Shown in pieces: positions 24,547 through 35,790 of a stretch of 64,000 bases of DNA (position 1 is the first letter of the stretch; each line of letters begins with the position of its first letter). The position numbers and the translations under genes are program-made. The notes below the pieces were generated by a model. That model did not search any database. It had not been told where the DNA came from and saw nothing but the letters and a program-made list of their open reading frames with translations. The stretch comes from Octopus sinensis (Eukaryota): positions 15,376,001 to 15,440,000 of the forward strand of contig NC_043025.1 in the NCBI RefSeq assembly GCF_006345805.1, read 5' to 3'.

Positions 24547-24947
24547 GAAGGCTCTTCTTCTGCCATGCGTACTTCACACTTTCATAGTGTCACTGTCATC
24601 CTTCTTTCTTCTCAGAATCACTAAGCGCAAGCATACCAATATCCATTCACACTCATTTCTCACCCATAACAACTCTATGCCCTCTCATCTACTGCTTTGC
24701 AATCTGGAACATGTCATGCTTCTGATAGATCTGTTGAAGAATATTGACAAATTTCCTTTGGATGGCCAGGATTCTGAGACTGGTCCTTGGGTGTTGAGTA
24801 TCTTCCATGATACCTAACATCCAAGAACCAAGTCATGTAATTTGTGGGAAGAGACCCTGTGAGACAGGTTAACTGCCTACTCTCACAGTGGCACCTTGGG
24901 CAAGTAAGATCGAGAGATCTAAGAAGCAATAATAATAATAATAACAA

Positions 24948-26500
24948 GGAGTGGCTGTGTGGTAAGTAGCTTGCTTACCAACCACATGGTTCCGGGTTCA
25001 GTCCCACAGCATGGCACCTTAGGCAAGTGTCTTCTAATATAGCCTCGGGCCGACCAAAGCCCGAGTGGATTTGGTAGATGGAAACTGAATATATATATGT
25101 GTGTGTGTATATGTTTGTGTGTCTGTGTTTGCCCCCCTAGCATTGCTTGACAACTGATGCTGGTGTGTTTACGTCCCCGTCACTTAGCGGTTCGGCAAAA
25201 GAGACCGATAGAATAAGTACTGGGCTTACAAAGAATAAGTCCCGGGGTCGAGTTGCTTGATTAAAGGCGGTGCTCCAGCATGGCCGCAGTCAAATGACTG
25301 AAACAAGTAAAAGACTAATAATAATAATAATATTAATATAATGATAATAATTATTGAGAGGCTGGATTCTAAATTTTCTTTATGCTTTTAATGTTTCAAT
25401 AAAAAAATTTATTTTTTTAGAAAAAATATCTGTAAACAGGCGTAGGAGTGGCTATGTGGTAAGTAGCTTGCTTACGAACCACGTGGTTCCGGGTTCAGTC
25501 CCACTGCATGGCACCTTAGGCAAGTGTCTTGTACTATAGCCTCGGGCCGACCAAAGCCTTGTGAGTGGATTTGGTAGATGGAAACTGAATATATATATGT
25601 GTGTGTGTATATGTTTGTGTGTCTGTGTTTGCCCCCCTAGCATTGCTTGACAACTGATGCTGGTGTGTTTACGTCCCCGTCACTTAGCGGTTCGGCAAAA
25701 GAGACCGATAGAATAAGTACTGGGCTTACAAAGAATAAGTCCCGGGGTCGAGTTGCTTGATTAAAGGCGGTGCTCCAGCATGGCCGCAGTCAAATGACTG
25801 AAACAAGTAAAAGACTAATAATAATAATAATAATATTAATATAATGATAATAATTATTGAGAGGCTGGATTCTAAATTTTCTTTATGCTTTTAATGTTTC
25901 AATAAAAAAATTTATTTTTTTAGAAAAAATATCTGTAAACAGGCGTAGGAGTGGCTATGTGGTAAGTAGCTTGCTTACGAACCACGTGGTTCCGGGTTCA
26001 GTCCCACTGCATGGCACCTTAGGCAAGTGTCTTGTACTATAGCCTTGGGCCGACCAAAGCCTTGTGAGTGGATTTGGTAGACGGAAACTGAAAGAAGCCC
26101 ATCGTATATATATATAGATGCAGGAGTGGCTGTGTGGTAAGTAGCTTGCTTACGAACCACGTGGTTCCGGGTTCAGTCCCACTGCGTGGCACCTTGGGCA
26201 AGTGTCTTCTGCTATAGCCCCGGGCCGACCAAAGCCTTGTGAGTGGATTTGGTAGACGGAAACTGAAAGAAGCCCGCTGTATATATGTATGTATATGTGT
26301 GCATGTGTGTTTGTCCCCCTAGCATTGCTTGACAACCAATGCTGGTATATTTATGTCCCCGAAACTTAGCAGTTCAGCAAAAGAGACCGATAAAATAAGT
26401 ACTAGGCTTACAAAGAATAAGTCCTGGGGTCGATTTGTTTGACTAAAGGTGGTGCTCCAGCATGGCCACAGTCAAATGACTGAAACAAGTAAATGAGTAA
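24948..26500 (+). repeat. SINE cluster containing a 503-bp tandem duplication
   Basis: Identical ORFs at 25354 and 25857 (offset 503); SINE heads at 24948, 25446, 25949 and ~26122. Confidence 0.92.
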
Positions 26501-27183
26501 ATATTCTCTCTTGTGAAAGGTAGGAGAGTCCAGTTTGCTGGACATTGTTGTAGAGCTGAAAAAGAGGTAATTTCTACTCTTCTCCTCTGGAAGCCATCTG
26601 CTCGCAATACCAGAGGGCGCACACTCTCCTACCCTGATGTAATCTCCAGGGATACAGGCATCCAGCAACAGGACCTCCGTAATGTTATGATGGACCGTGA
26701 AGTCTGGTGTAGCATGGTAAATTCCATTGTCTCGACCACGGTCGAATAATGACGAATGAGTTGATATTCTCTGAAAATGGTTGCATTCAAGATGTTTCAC
26801 CGTGCCATACCAAGAATCTGTGTGTTGGTCCTCAGCTGCAGTTGGTCCTCAGTTCCATGTTGTGTGTCTCTAGCAAGAACACCAGGGCAGCTTGTGTGGT
26901 CTTTGTCCTTTGTTAAGATGTAGAATCTCCAAAAGGTAACATCAGGTATAGCCTGGTTTTCACCAGAATAGCAGCGGCCAGCAAAAGCCTTCGTTGCATT
27001 GAGACGGTGGAATGTGTTTCTGAATCTCTTCTCTGGTGTTGAGCCCTGATGAGAAAATCAAGAGGTCTGTACGATGAGGGCCATTCTCAGGCTCTTTCTC
27101 CATAACCCTGGTTTCAGTAAGAATGCTCAGTGCTGCTGCTCTGAAGAAGGCCAACCTTGTTTACTTGTTGTTATTACAGGTAA

Positions 27184-27705
27184 TTATTAAGGAGGACTAA
27201 TTGACTAATTAAGGAGGACTAATTGACTAATTAAGGAGGACTAATTGACTAATTAAGGAGGACTAATTGTCTAATTAAGGAGGACTAATTGTCTAATTAA
27301 TGAGGACTAATTGTCTAATTAAGGAGGACTAATTGTCTAATTAAGGAGGACTAATTGTCTAATTAAGGAGGACTAATTGTCTAATTAAGGAGGACTAATT
27401 GTCTAATTGAGGAGGACTAATTGTCTAATTAAGGAGGACTAATTGTCTAATTAAGGAGGACTAATTGTCTAATTGAGGAGGACTAATTGTCTAATTAAGG
27501 AGGACTAATTGTCTAATTAAGGAGGACTAATTGTCTAATTAAGGAGGACTAATTGTCTAATTAAGGAGGACTAATTGTCTAATTAAGGAGGACTAATTGT
27601 CTAATTAAGGAGGACTAATTGTCTAATTGAGGAGGACTAATTGTCTAATTAAGGAGGACTAATTGTCTAATTAAGGAGGACTAATTAAAGAAGACTAATT
27701 GACTC
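27184..27705. repeat. 22-bp minisatellite (AAGGAGGACTAATTGTCTAATT), about 23-24 copies
   Basis: Directly visible. The first three units carry GAC instead of GTC. Confidence 0.97.
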
Positions 27706-27826
27706 AAGCATTATGTCCCGTCATTTATTTCCAAGTACTTTTGTTAATGGGAAAAGCCTTCCACTTTGTACATGGCAATGGTTGAAGTCTATTTCTTTCC
27801 TTCATCTTTTCTTCTTCCTTCCACAG

Positions 27827-28563
27827 ATATGACAAGCGTGAAGGAGAGGAAGTATGAGTGCAGCCGTTGTAAAGAGAGGTTCTTCACACAACACTTCATG
27901 CAGTCACACATCCAGCGTGTCCATAAAGATATTCGGCAGTATCATTGTGAGGTTTGTGGCCAGCGTTTCAAACTGGTCAGCTCTCTCTCTGTTCACAAAG
28001 ACATTGCTCACAAGAGCAACAAGAAAAGTAATCCAGGCACGACCACCACCACCACCAACAACAAGGACCATGGGGAATTGAGTGCTGCTTCTGAAGGCAA
28101 TTCAGCCACATCATCGCAGAGTGACGGAACCAACAGTAATGACAATGGTGATGACGCAGAAAAACGGAAGAAGCTTATAATGGAATCTATATTTTCGAAA
28201 CATATAGATGGAGTGAAGTACTGGATTTGTAAAGTGTGCAGCATTACGAGAGTGCAGCTGTCCTTACTGATACCCCATGTGGAAAAGCACTTGGGCCTCA
28301 CTGAACGAAAGCACAAGTGCAGTGAATGCGAGAAGAAATTCCAAACAGTAAGATGTTTAAACTACCACATGTTGGTCCACAATGATACAGTGGAGCCTTT
28401 TAAATGTAAATACTGTTCAATGACTTTTCGTTTGCCAACGCAATTCGCGAGGCACATGGACAAACACTTTGGGCATAGTCGATGTTGTTGTCTCCAGTGT
28501 GGGTTGTTTATTAGCAACTTGTCACTGCTTAAGGAACACACGATTAGAGCTCATGCATTCTGA
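27827..28563 (+). CDS. C2H2 zinc-finger protein, terminal exon with 6 fingers (2 + low-complexity linker + 4)
   Basis: Strong acceptor TTCTTCTTCCTTCCACAG at 27826; in-frame ATG at 27829; six Cx2Cx12Hx3-4H motifs (e.g. CSRC...HIQRVH, CKYC...HMDKH); TGA at 28561-28563. Confidence 0.9.
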
Positions 28564-28669
28564 TAATGATGATGATGATAATAACAACAATCCTTTCTTC
28601 AATAGGTTCAAGGCTTGAAACATTTTGGGGTTGAGGGTGAGTTGATTACATTGACCTCAGAGTTCAACT

Positions 28670-29057
28670 CTTTACTCTTTTACTTGTTTCACTCATTTGA
28701 CTGCGGCCATGCTGAAGCACCGCCGCTAATCGACCAAATCGACCCCGGGACTTATTCTTTTGTAAGCCCAGTACTTATTCTATCGGTCTCTTTTGCCGAA
28801 CCGCTAAGTAACGGGGACATAAACACACCAGCATCGGTTGTCAAGCAATGCTAGGGGGACAAACACAGACACACAAACATACACACGCATATATATATAT
28901 ATATACATATATACGACGGGCTTCTTTCAGTTTCCGTCTACCAAATCTACGCACAAGGCTATAGTAGAAGACACTTGCCCTAGGTGCCACACAGTGGGAC
29001 TGAACCTGGAACCATGTGGTTGGTAAACAAGCTACTTACCACACAGCCACTCCTACG
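28670..29057 (-). mobile_element. tRNA-derived SINE, near full length
   Basis: Head and tail of the dominant SINE family. Similar copies at 31465-31863 (-), 46069-46443 (+), 49620-49915 (-), 51410-52030 (+), 53930-54362 (+) and 61850-62125 (-). Confidence 0.85.
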
Positions 29058-29100
29058 CCTGATACATATTTCATCAAACCCGAAAGGACGAAAAACACAG

Positions 29101-29756
29101 GGATCTTTTCCTTTTGAACGGATGACAATTTCTAATCAACTAAACACTTTAAAACTTTGTATACTGGTTGAATGTGTCAAAATAAAACATTTTTTTTCTC
29201 TTGGCTTTCTTGAGAAAATCGTAATTTGTTTGTTTAACGTAGTTTAATTTTTCGAATTTTAACCAATCCTATGCTCACTTTTGAGCTAAAATCATTTGCT
29301 GCGTCTAAAACAGAGACAACATCCTGTAACTAACCCTAAACCTCCCCCCTAACCTTAACCCTAAATTTTTTTTTCTTAATTGTTAAATTCATTTAATTGT
29401 TATGCGTGTAAAAAAAACTAAAGCAATGGAATTAAATTAATTTAACAATTAAGAAAAAAAAATTTAGGGTTAGGGTTAGGGGAAAGGTTTAGGGTTAGTT
29501 ACAGGATGTTGTCTCAGTTTTAGACGCAGCAAATGATTTTAGTTGAATGGAGGTAATCGATTGGTTAAAATTGCAGAAATGCTCGGATTTTCAGACGAAA
29601 TATCTTAGAAACTATAGAATTTTTTCAATAAAACCAAGAGAAAATGATGTTTTATAAACATATTCTACCAGTTTACGAAGTTTAAAAGTGTTTAGTTAAA
29701 AGTGTTTAGTTAACTAGAAATTGTGTTGACATCTGCCGTTCAAACGGAAAAGATCC
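29101..29756. mobile_element. GGATC-ended MITE, foldback form
   Basis: TIRs; TSD AAACACAG/AAACACAA; two copies of the 14-bp arm unit. Confidence 0.92.
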
Positions 29757-29819
29757 AAACACAAATTTTGACTCAGAATGTAAAGCCAGCATACTAACAA
29801 TTCTGCCATCTCGCTGTGT

Positions 29820-30330
29820 ATCTAGGGTATTCGGGTATCCCTATGCATATAAAAGTTTGGCTGACTGAATTTTCGGAAGCATCCATGTGTAAACATTTCA
29901 CTTTTAAAAAGTTTCAATTGTCTTGAACTTCTGTCAATAATTGGGCAACCCCAACTCCTTTCCTCCAACTCATTTGTCATCAACATTTCTTCTTTTACCT
30001 TTGAGGGGAGGGGGTGTACCAGTGGTTGAAATAGTTGTTCAGGAAGGTCACCTTGGGTGCTAAATATAATTCTTTCCCCAATGCCATCCAATTTAATGTG
30101 GATCTATTACAAGAGTGCTGTAAAACTGCCATATTCATTCCAAGAAAGCTCCTTGTATAGAAAGCATTGCAATATCAGTAGCAGATAAGACGTATCCAGC
30201 ACCCATAATAGAATTACTGTATCCCCTGATTTCAGCATGTTTTGCCCCTCATCAGTAACAGGCCTCTGCTAACATCACCTGCTTGTCAAATTTTTCTTCC
30301 ACCAATATAGAGAAAACCAGTGACTATTCG
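29820..30330 (-). mobile_element. Possible L1/Tx1-like ORF2 fragment
   Basis: PSKVKEEMLMTNELE followed by a frameshifted ELGLPNY, resembling the post-RT GGLGLPN motif. Highly degenerate. Confidence 0.4.
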
Positions 30331-30633
30331 GGTATCTGTGTCAGGTGGAGGAAAAAGCAGATATCAATAATGGAGGCAGTGTGAATCTTAAATGAAACTT
30401 TTATTATGTGATTGATTATATTTAACTTAATGAACTACAGTGTTTAATGATGAGACAGTTTGGGTCTTTACACCAGAACTGCTAAATTTTTCCTAAATAA
30501 AACCCTTTTACAGATTTTTAACATTTTTTTTTATATAAGGATTTTTTGTGCTTTTCTTTTTTAAAAGGGAATCTTTCTTTTACAGAAGTGTCTTTTTTCT
30601 GTAAGTTTTTCCCAACTGACCAGTCAAGTTTAA

Positions 30634-31366
30634 CCCTTTAGCATTTAAATTGGCCATATCGGACCCAAACATTCTACCTTTTAGGTTTAAACCAGCCTGA
30701 TCCAACTGCTCATACCTGTCCTACAATGTTGTTCTAAAAATAAACAATCACTTCATTAAAACCTCCAAACTATGAGATAATCTAGGATTAATTCAAAATT
30801 GGCACTGCGTTGGTCACAACAATGAGGGTTCCAGTTAATCCAACCAATGAAACAGCCTGCTCGTGAAGTTAACATGCAAGTGGCTGAGTACTCCACAGAC
30901 ACACATTCTCTTAATGTAGTTCTCAGGGAGATTCAGTGTGAGAGAGAGAAAGGAAAAAAGCTAGCCCCTTTTGAATTACTGGTACAACTCCTTTTGGCCA
31001 GCTGATTGAACTGGAGCAACACAAAATAAAAGATGACATAGTGCACTGCCAGGAATTGAACTCCTGTCCCTACAACTGTTAGCCAAATACCCTAACCATT
31101 AAGCCATATGTCAGCATGGCTAATTCAAAACAATGTGAATAAGTATTACATTTGACAGAATAATTTGACAGAAATAATTTGACAGAATAAGCATTACATT
31201 TGACAAAACAATGTGAATAAATAAGCATTACATTTGAAAAAATAATTTGACAGAAATAATTTGACAATAATTTGACAATAATTTGACAATAATTTGACAA
31301 TAATTTGACAAAACAATGTGAATAAATAAGCATTCCATTTGACAGAGTAATCTGAATGGTGACGGG
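30634..31366. mobile_element. piggyBac-type MITE (TTAA|CCC...GGG|TTAA) with a nested SINE and an internal tandem expansion
   Basis: TTAA at 30630 and 31367; SINE at ~30800-31118 flanked by TAATTCAAAA duplications; (ATAATTTGACA)n expansion at 31140-31340. Confidence 0.75.
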
Positions 31367-31990
31367 TTAAAACAAGTGGATTTTACCTTGTGCAATAGAG
31401 GTGGATCCAGGATATCCAGAAAATGGCCAGAAGAGTAGTTCTCATTGGTCTAGTGAATATATGCATACTCTCTTTTACTCTCTTTCAGTCATTTGACTGC
31501 GGCCATCCTGGAGCACCGCCTTCTAGTCGAGTAAATCGACCTCAGGACTTATTCTTTGTAAGCCTAGTACTTATTCTATCAGTCCCTTTTGCTGAATCGC
31601 TAAGTTACGGGGACGTAAACACACCAGCATCGGTTGTCAAGCAATGATGGCGGGACAAACACAGACACACAAACATACACACACATACATATATATACAT
31701 ATATGCGACGGACTTCTTTCAGTTTCCGTCTACCAAATCCACTCACAAGGCTTTGGTCGGCCCGAGGCTATAGTAGAAGACACTTGCCCAAGGTGCCACG
31801 CAATGGGAATGAACCCAGAACCATGTGGTTCGTAAGCAAGCTACTCACCACACAGCCACTCCTGCACTTATGTATGTGATATGGGTCTGAAGTGTATGTA
31901 CCTATCAATCAGAGTTAATGATGTAACTGAAAGTGAATTATGAAATTGCTGTACTTCTTACTGTATTTTTAATGATTGTATATATATATA

Positions 31991-32865
31991 TTGTTGTATT
32001 TAGGAATGGTCATTTTGCCAGTTTAGCCAATAAAAACACGCGCACTATATATTTGGTGTTACTTTGCTTCAATGTTATTTATTTTTTAAATTAATCTTAA
32101 TCTTATTTCGGCCAGAGTTTTTTCGTCACACTCCTGTGACCTCATCAGTGGTCCTTTGTTTTCTTCTTTCTTATTTGTGTGTCTCTCCTTACTAACCGTC
32201 AGCCACAGTACTTAACTGGTACTTATTTGCCGCAGGAGTGATGGATGAGGAAACATTACAAGAATTTACAGAGACGGCTGGGTTTATACAGAGAAACACA
32301 GCCATGGAAAATAGCAGAATGCAATGAGATGTCTCAACAGCAGTTCTGGTCGAAGTGAGGTCCAAGATCTGAGCACGTGGTACCCACTGAATCTAAATGT
32401 TCCACTGCCCTCTCAAGCAGCATTAATCCAAACAGTCCATTGCTGTATAACAACAAATATTTTGTTGTATTTAGGAATGGTCATTTTGCCAGTTTAGCCA
32501 ATAAAAACACACACATTATATATTTGGTGTTACTTTGCTTCAGCATTATTTATTTTTTACATTAATCTTAATCTTATTTCGGCCAGAGTTCTTTCTTCAC
32601 ACTCCTGTGACCGCATCAGTGGTCCTTTGCTTTCTTCTTTCTTGTTTGTGTGTCTCTCCTTACTAACCATCAGCCGTTTTGTATTTCTATTGTATGTGTC
32701 TTCATTTGCGCATGCTTATACCTCTATGTGTGTCTATGTTTAGTTAGTGTGTGTGTGTGGGGGGGAAGTGCCTGTAATATTTGTATCTCCTGTTTATATA
32801 CATTCGTGTAATTTGTTTTTGTTTATTGGCTAAACTGGCAAAATGACCATTCCTAAATACAACAA
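31991..32865. mobile_element. Penelope-like terminal repeats: two direct ~215-bp copies plus an inverted partial copy
   Basis: Direct copies at 31991-32204 and 32462-32675; inverted copy at 32822-32865; minus-strand CTGATGA...GAAA motif at 32106-32148. Confidence 0.55.
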
Positions 32866-33144
32866 TATCTGTTTCAACATACGATTTCACATCAAAAATC
32901 TTGCAAAACAAATATATAAGCATATATATGTATATATATATAAATGTTTGTTTTTATATTCAATTGTAAGAAAAACAATTTTACATTAAAAGATACAGAT
33001 AAGGAAATTATTCTCAAACGCAGAATAATGCTAACAGAATAGCAGGAACAGGATAAACTAATCCTATTTTGTGAAAAACTTGCCAGCAGCCAGCCATGAG
33101 GGCTTATTCTATACTTTTGTAGAATATAAATTTGTTATTCTTAA

Positions 33145-33364
33145 CCCTTTCGTTACTGTATTTCTGCTGAGAAGCTCTGTGTTTCTTTCAATTACTTTAA
33201 ATATAAAAAAGAATTTAGTAAAATAACTTAGTTATCATTCAGCTAGTGTTAGGAACATAAATTGTGACTAAGGCTTGGTGGAATATTTTTATTCAAAACT
33301 TATGAAAACAAGACATTTTACCGCAGAGCCAGAGCCGGTTTTGGCCGGGTTAGTAACAAAAGGG
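33145..33364. mobile_element. piggyBac-type MITE, 220 bp
   Basis: TTAA|CCCTTT...AAAGGG|TTAA; second copy at 39790-40011. Confidence 0.85.
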
Positions 33365-33439
33365 TTAAACACTAATACTGTGTCGAGTCAACAGTTTTGC
33401 ACCATTTTGCTACCTTGTTTGCTTTATTCCTCAGCTTAC

Positions 33440-33700
33440 AACAAAAGCAGTCGAGCACTTCAGGCAGAAGGCATCGTGTTGCATTGTCAGAAGTTGCCAT
33501 TCTGCCAGTTCTTTGATCCCACAATGGTACCAGTTCTAATTCTTCCAGGCAAAGAACTTCTTCAGTAAAGCTTTCACCTCCTCTTGCTCGATGGAGCATT
33601 CCAAGCACAGGAAGTAAGCCATGGGCCAGAACAATTAAGAATCTGCTTCCAGAACCAGTTGGTAAATATGGGATTTCCAACAGAAGGTGGAACTATGAGG
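33440..33700 (-). pseudogene. mariner transposase C-terminal remnant
   Basis: LFWPMAYFL...EEVKALLKKFFAWKN*NWYHCGIKELAEW, matching the mariner C-terminus. Confidence 0.65.
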
Positions 33701-33707
33701 AGATAAT

Positions 33708-34341
33708 GGATCTTTTCCTTTTGAACGGCAGACAGTTTCTAGTTAACTAAACACTTTTAAACTTTGTATACTGATAGAATGTGTCAAAATAAAACATTTT
33801 TTTCTCTTGGCTTTCTTGAGAAAATTGTAATTTGTTTGTTAACGTAGTTTAATTTTTCGAATGTTAACCAATCCTATGTTCTCTTTTGAGCTAAAATCAT
33901 TTGCTGCGTCTAAAACTGAGACAACATCCTGTAACTAACCCTAAACCTCCCCCCTAACCCTAAATTTTTTTTTCTTAATTGTTAAATTAATTTAATTGTT
34001 ACGTGTGTAAAAAAAACTAAAGCAATGGAATTAAATTAATTTAACAATTAAGAAAAAAAAATTTAGGGTTAGGGTCAGGGGGGAGGTTTAGGGTTAGTTA
34101 CAGGATGTTGTCTCAGTTTTAGACGCAGCAAATGATTTTAGTTGAATGGAGGTAATCGATTGGTTAAAATTGCCGAAATGCTCGGATTTTCAGACGAAAT
34201 ATCTTACAAACTATAGAATTTTCTCAATAAAGCCAAGAGAAAATGATGTTTTATAAACACATTCTACCAGTATACGAAGTTTAAAAGTGTTTAGTTAACT
34301 AGAAATTATGTTGACATCTGCCATTCAAATGGAAAAGATCC
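33708..34341. mobile_element. GGATC-ended MITE, foldback form
   Basis: TIRs; TSD GAGATAAT/GAGATAAC. Confidence 0.92.
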
Positions 34342-34349
34342 GAGATAAC

Positions 34350-34690
34350 TGACTTTGAACCATTGATGCCAATCAGCCCTCGGAACAATTGGAGCAGATG
34401 TGTGTCATTCTACAACACAGATACCTGGTCTTAGTTAGCAAGACAATGCAAGACTTCATATTACTTGAATGATGTGGAATAAATTCTAGGATCTTGCTAT
34501 GCCTAACATATAATCCAGATGTAGCTGCCTCAAATTATTACTTGTTCTGCTCCATGGCTCACTTGCTGCACTTGGGACATTTCATCAAACAGGGGTGGGG
34601 TGCAAGCTTCAGTTAAGGAGTTCTTTGCCGTGAAGGACAAGAACTGGCAGAAAGATGGCTTCAGACAGTGCAACACTATGAATGCCAGGC
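34350..34690 (+). pseudogene. mariner transposase C-terminal remnant
   Basis: YNPDVAASNYYLFCSMAHLL...ELAERWLQTVQH, resembling the YSPDLAPSDYHLF motif region. Confidence 0.7.
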
Positions 34691-35580
34691 TACTTTTAGC
34701 TTGACAATGGCTTAGCTGGCCTATAATATTATTATTTCAGAATAATAGAATAATATGGATGTGGAGTCCCTTGCGAGGGATGTAGCCAGCCCACTTATGC
34801 ATGCCTTTCTTTCCTTGCACACACAAAGACCTGTTGAGGCAAGCGAAGTCGAAATCGAATTCGAAATTGAACCAATCCTGACTGGCACCCGGCGGTTGCC
34901 AGGGCTGCTGGACTGTCTCCTGTGCAGGGGGCAAGTGAAGAAACTCTGTTTTGACCCTGTGCTTGAGGAGATCCATTGAGTCAAGTACACCAACAACAAA
35001 GATCAATGGAAACGCACGTTAAACAATGATGATGATATATAGATACATGCATGCACACACACATATCGAAGAAGGGGAAAAGAGAGAATGGAAAGTTTCG
35101 GACAATGTTGAAAGATTAATAAAACCTTTATATTTCAGGCACAAAGGCCCATCTCCAGAAGAGGAAAAAAAAGGTCTGAGGAAAGTTCAGTTATGTAGGT
35201 TCTGTTAACTCATTTAAATTCCATAACATGTTGCAGCAGCAGTCACTCCAAATTCTGGTGTAATCGGCATTAGTCATAGTAGTAGTGGCAGTCACTCTTT
35301 AAATGTTGACATCTATCCGAGTTGATGTAAACAAACCTACAGCTGTTGTAGGCCATTTACCATCTGCTGGATGTTGTCACAGGAGCCATCGGCTCAATTT
35401 AGATCAACTGTTAATTTTCAGGTTGAGGTGGTGGATCTCATATAAGTAAATTGCTGGTGTTCCTCTCCGAGGCTAATATGGAGCGTCTATCTCCTTGGTG
35501 GTGTTATCACATCTGGTCGGGTATTTGTGGAAGAAAGACACACTGGTGGTGAGATGCTGCTTGATTCAGATGTAGAGTAA

Positions 35581-35790
35581 CTAGGGGTCGTGCTACCAAT
35601 GTAGGGGTCGTGCTACCAATATAGAGGTCGTGCTACCAATGTAGGGGTCTTGCAACCAATGTAGAGGTCGTGCTACCAATGTAGGGGTCGTGCTACCAAT
35701 GTAGAGGTCGTGCTACCAATGTAGGGGTCGTGCTACCAATATAGGGGTCATGCTACCAATGTAGGGGTCTTGCTACCAATGTTGGGGTTG
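35581..35790. repeat. 20-bp minisatellite GTAGGGGTCGTGCTACCAAT, 10 copies plus a partial
   Basis: Directly visible in register with the 10-base blocks. Confidence 0.97.

Larger units (their letters stand above)
22880..24700 (-). mobile_element. Degenerate RTE RT fragment interrupted by a duplicated SINE and a palindromic MITE
   Basis: Minus strand: GITAEMIRISGG...GKGDGLDRNNYGDIKLLEKYL...LYLAFFNVEEASDRI. Confidence 0.7.

Noticed and set aside
26960-27154. 64-aa minus-strand ORF
   Set aside because: No recognisable motif; could be an old TE fragment but cannot be assigned.
27184-27705. TAAGGAGG Shine-Dalgarno consensus in most units
   Set aside because: No start codons or ORFs follow, and the DNA is animal intronic or intergenic sequence; treated as coincidence.
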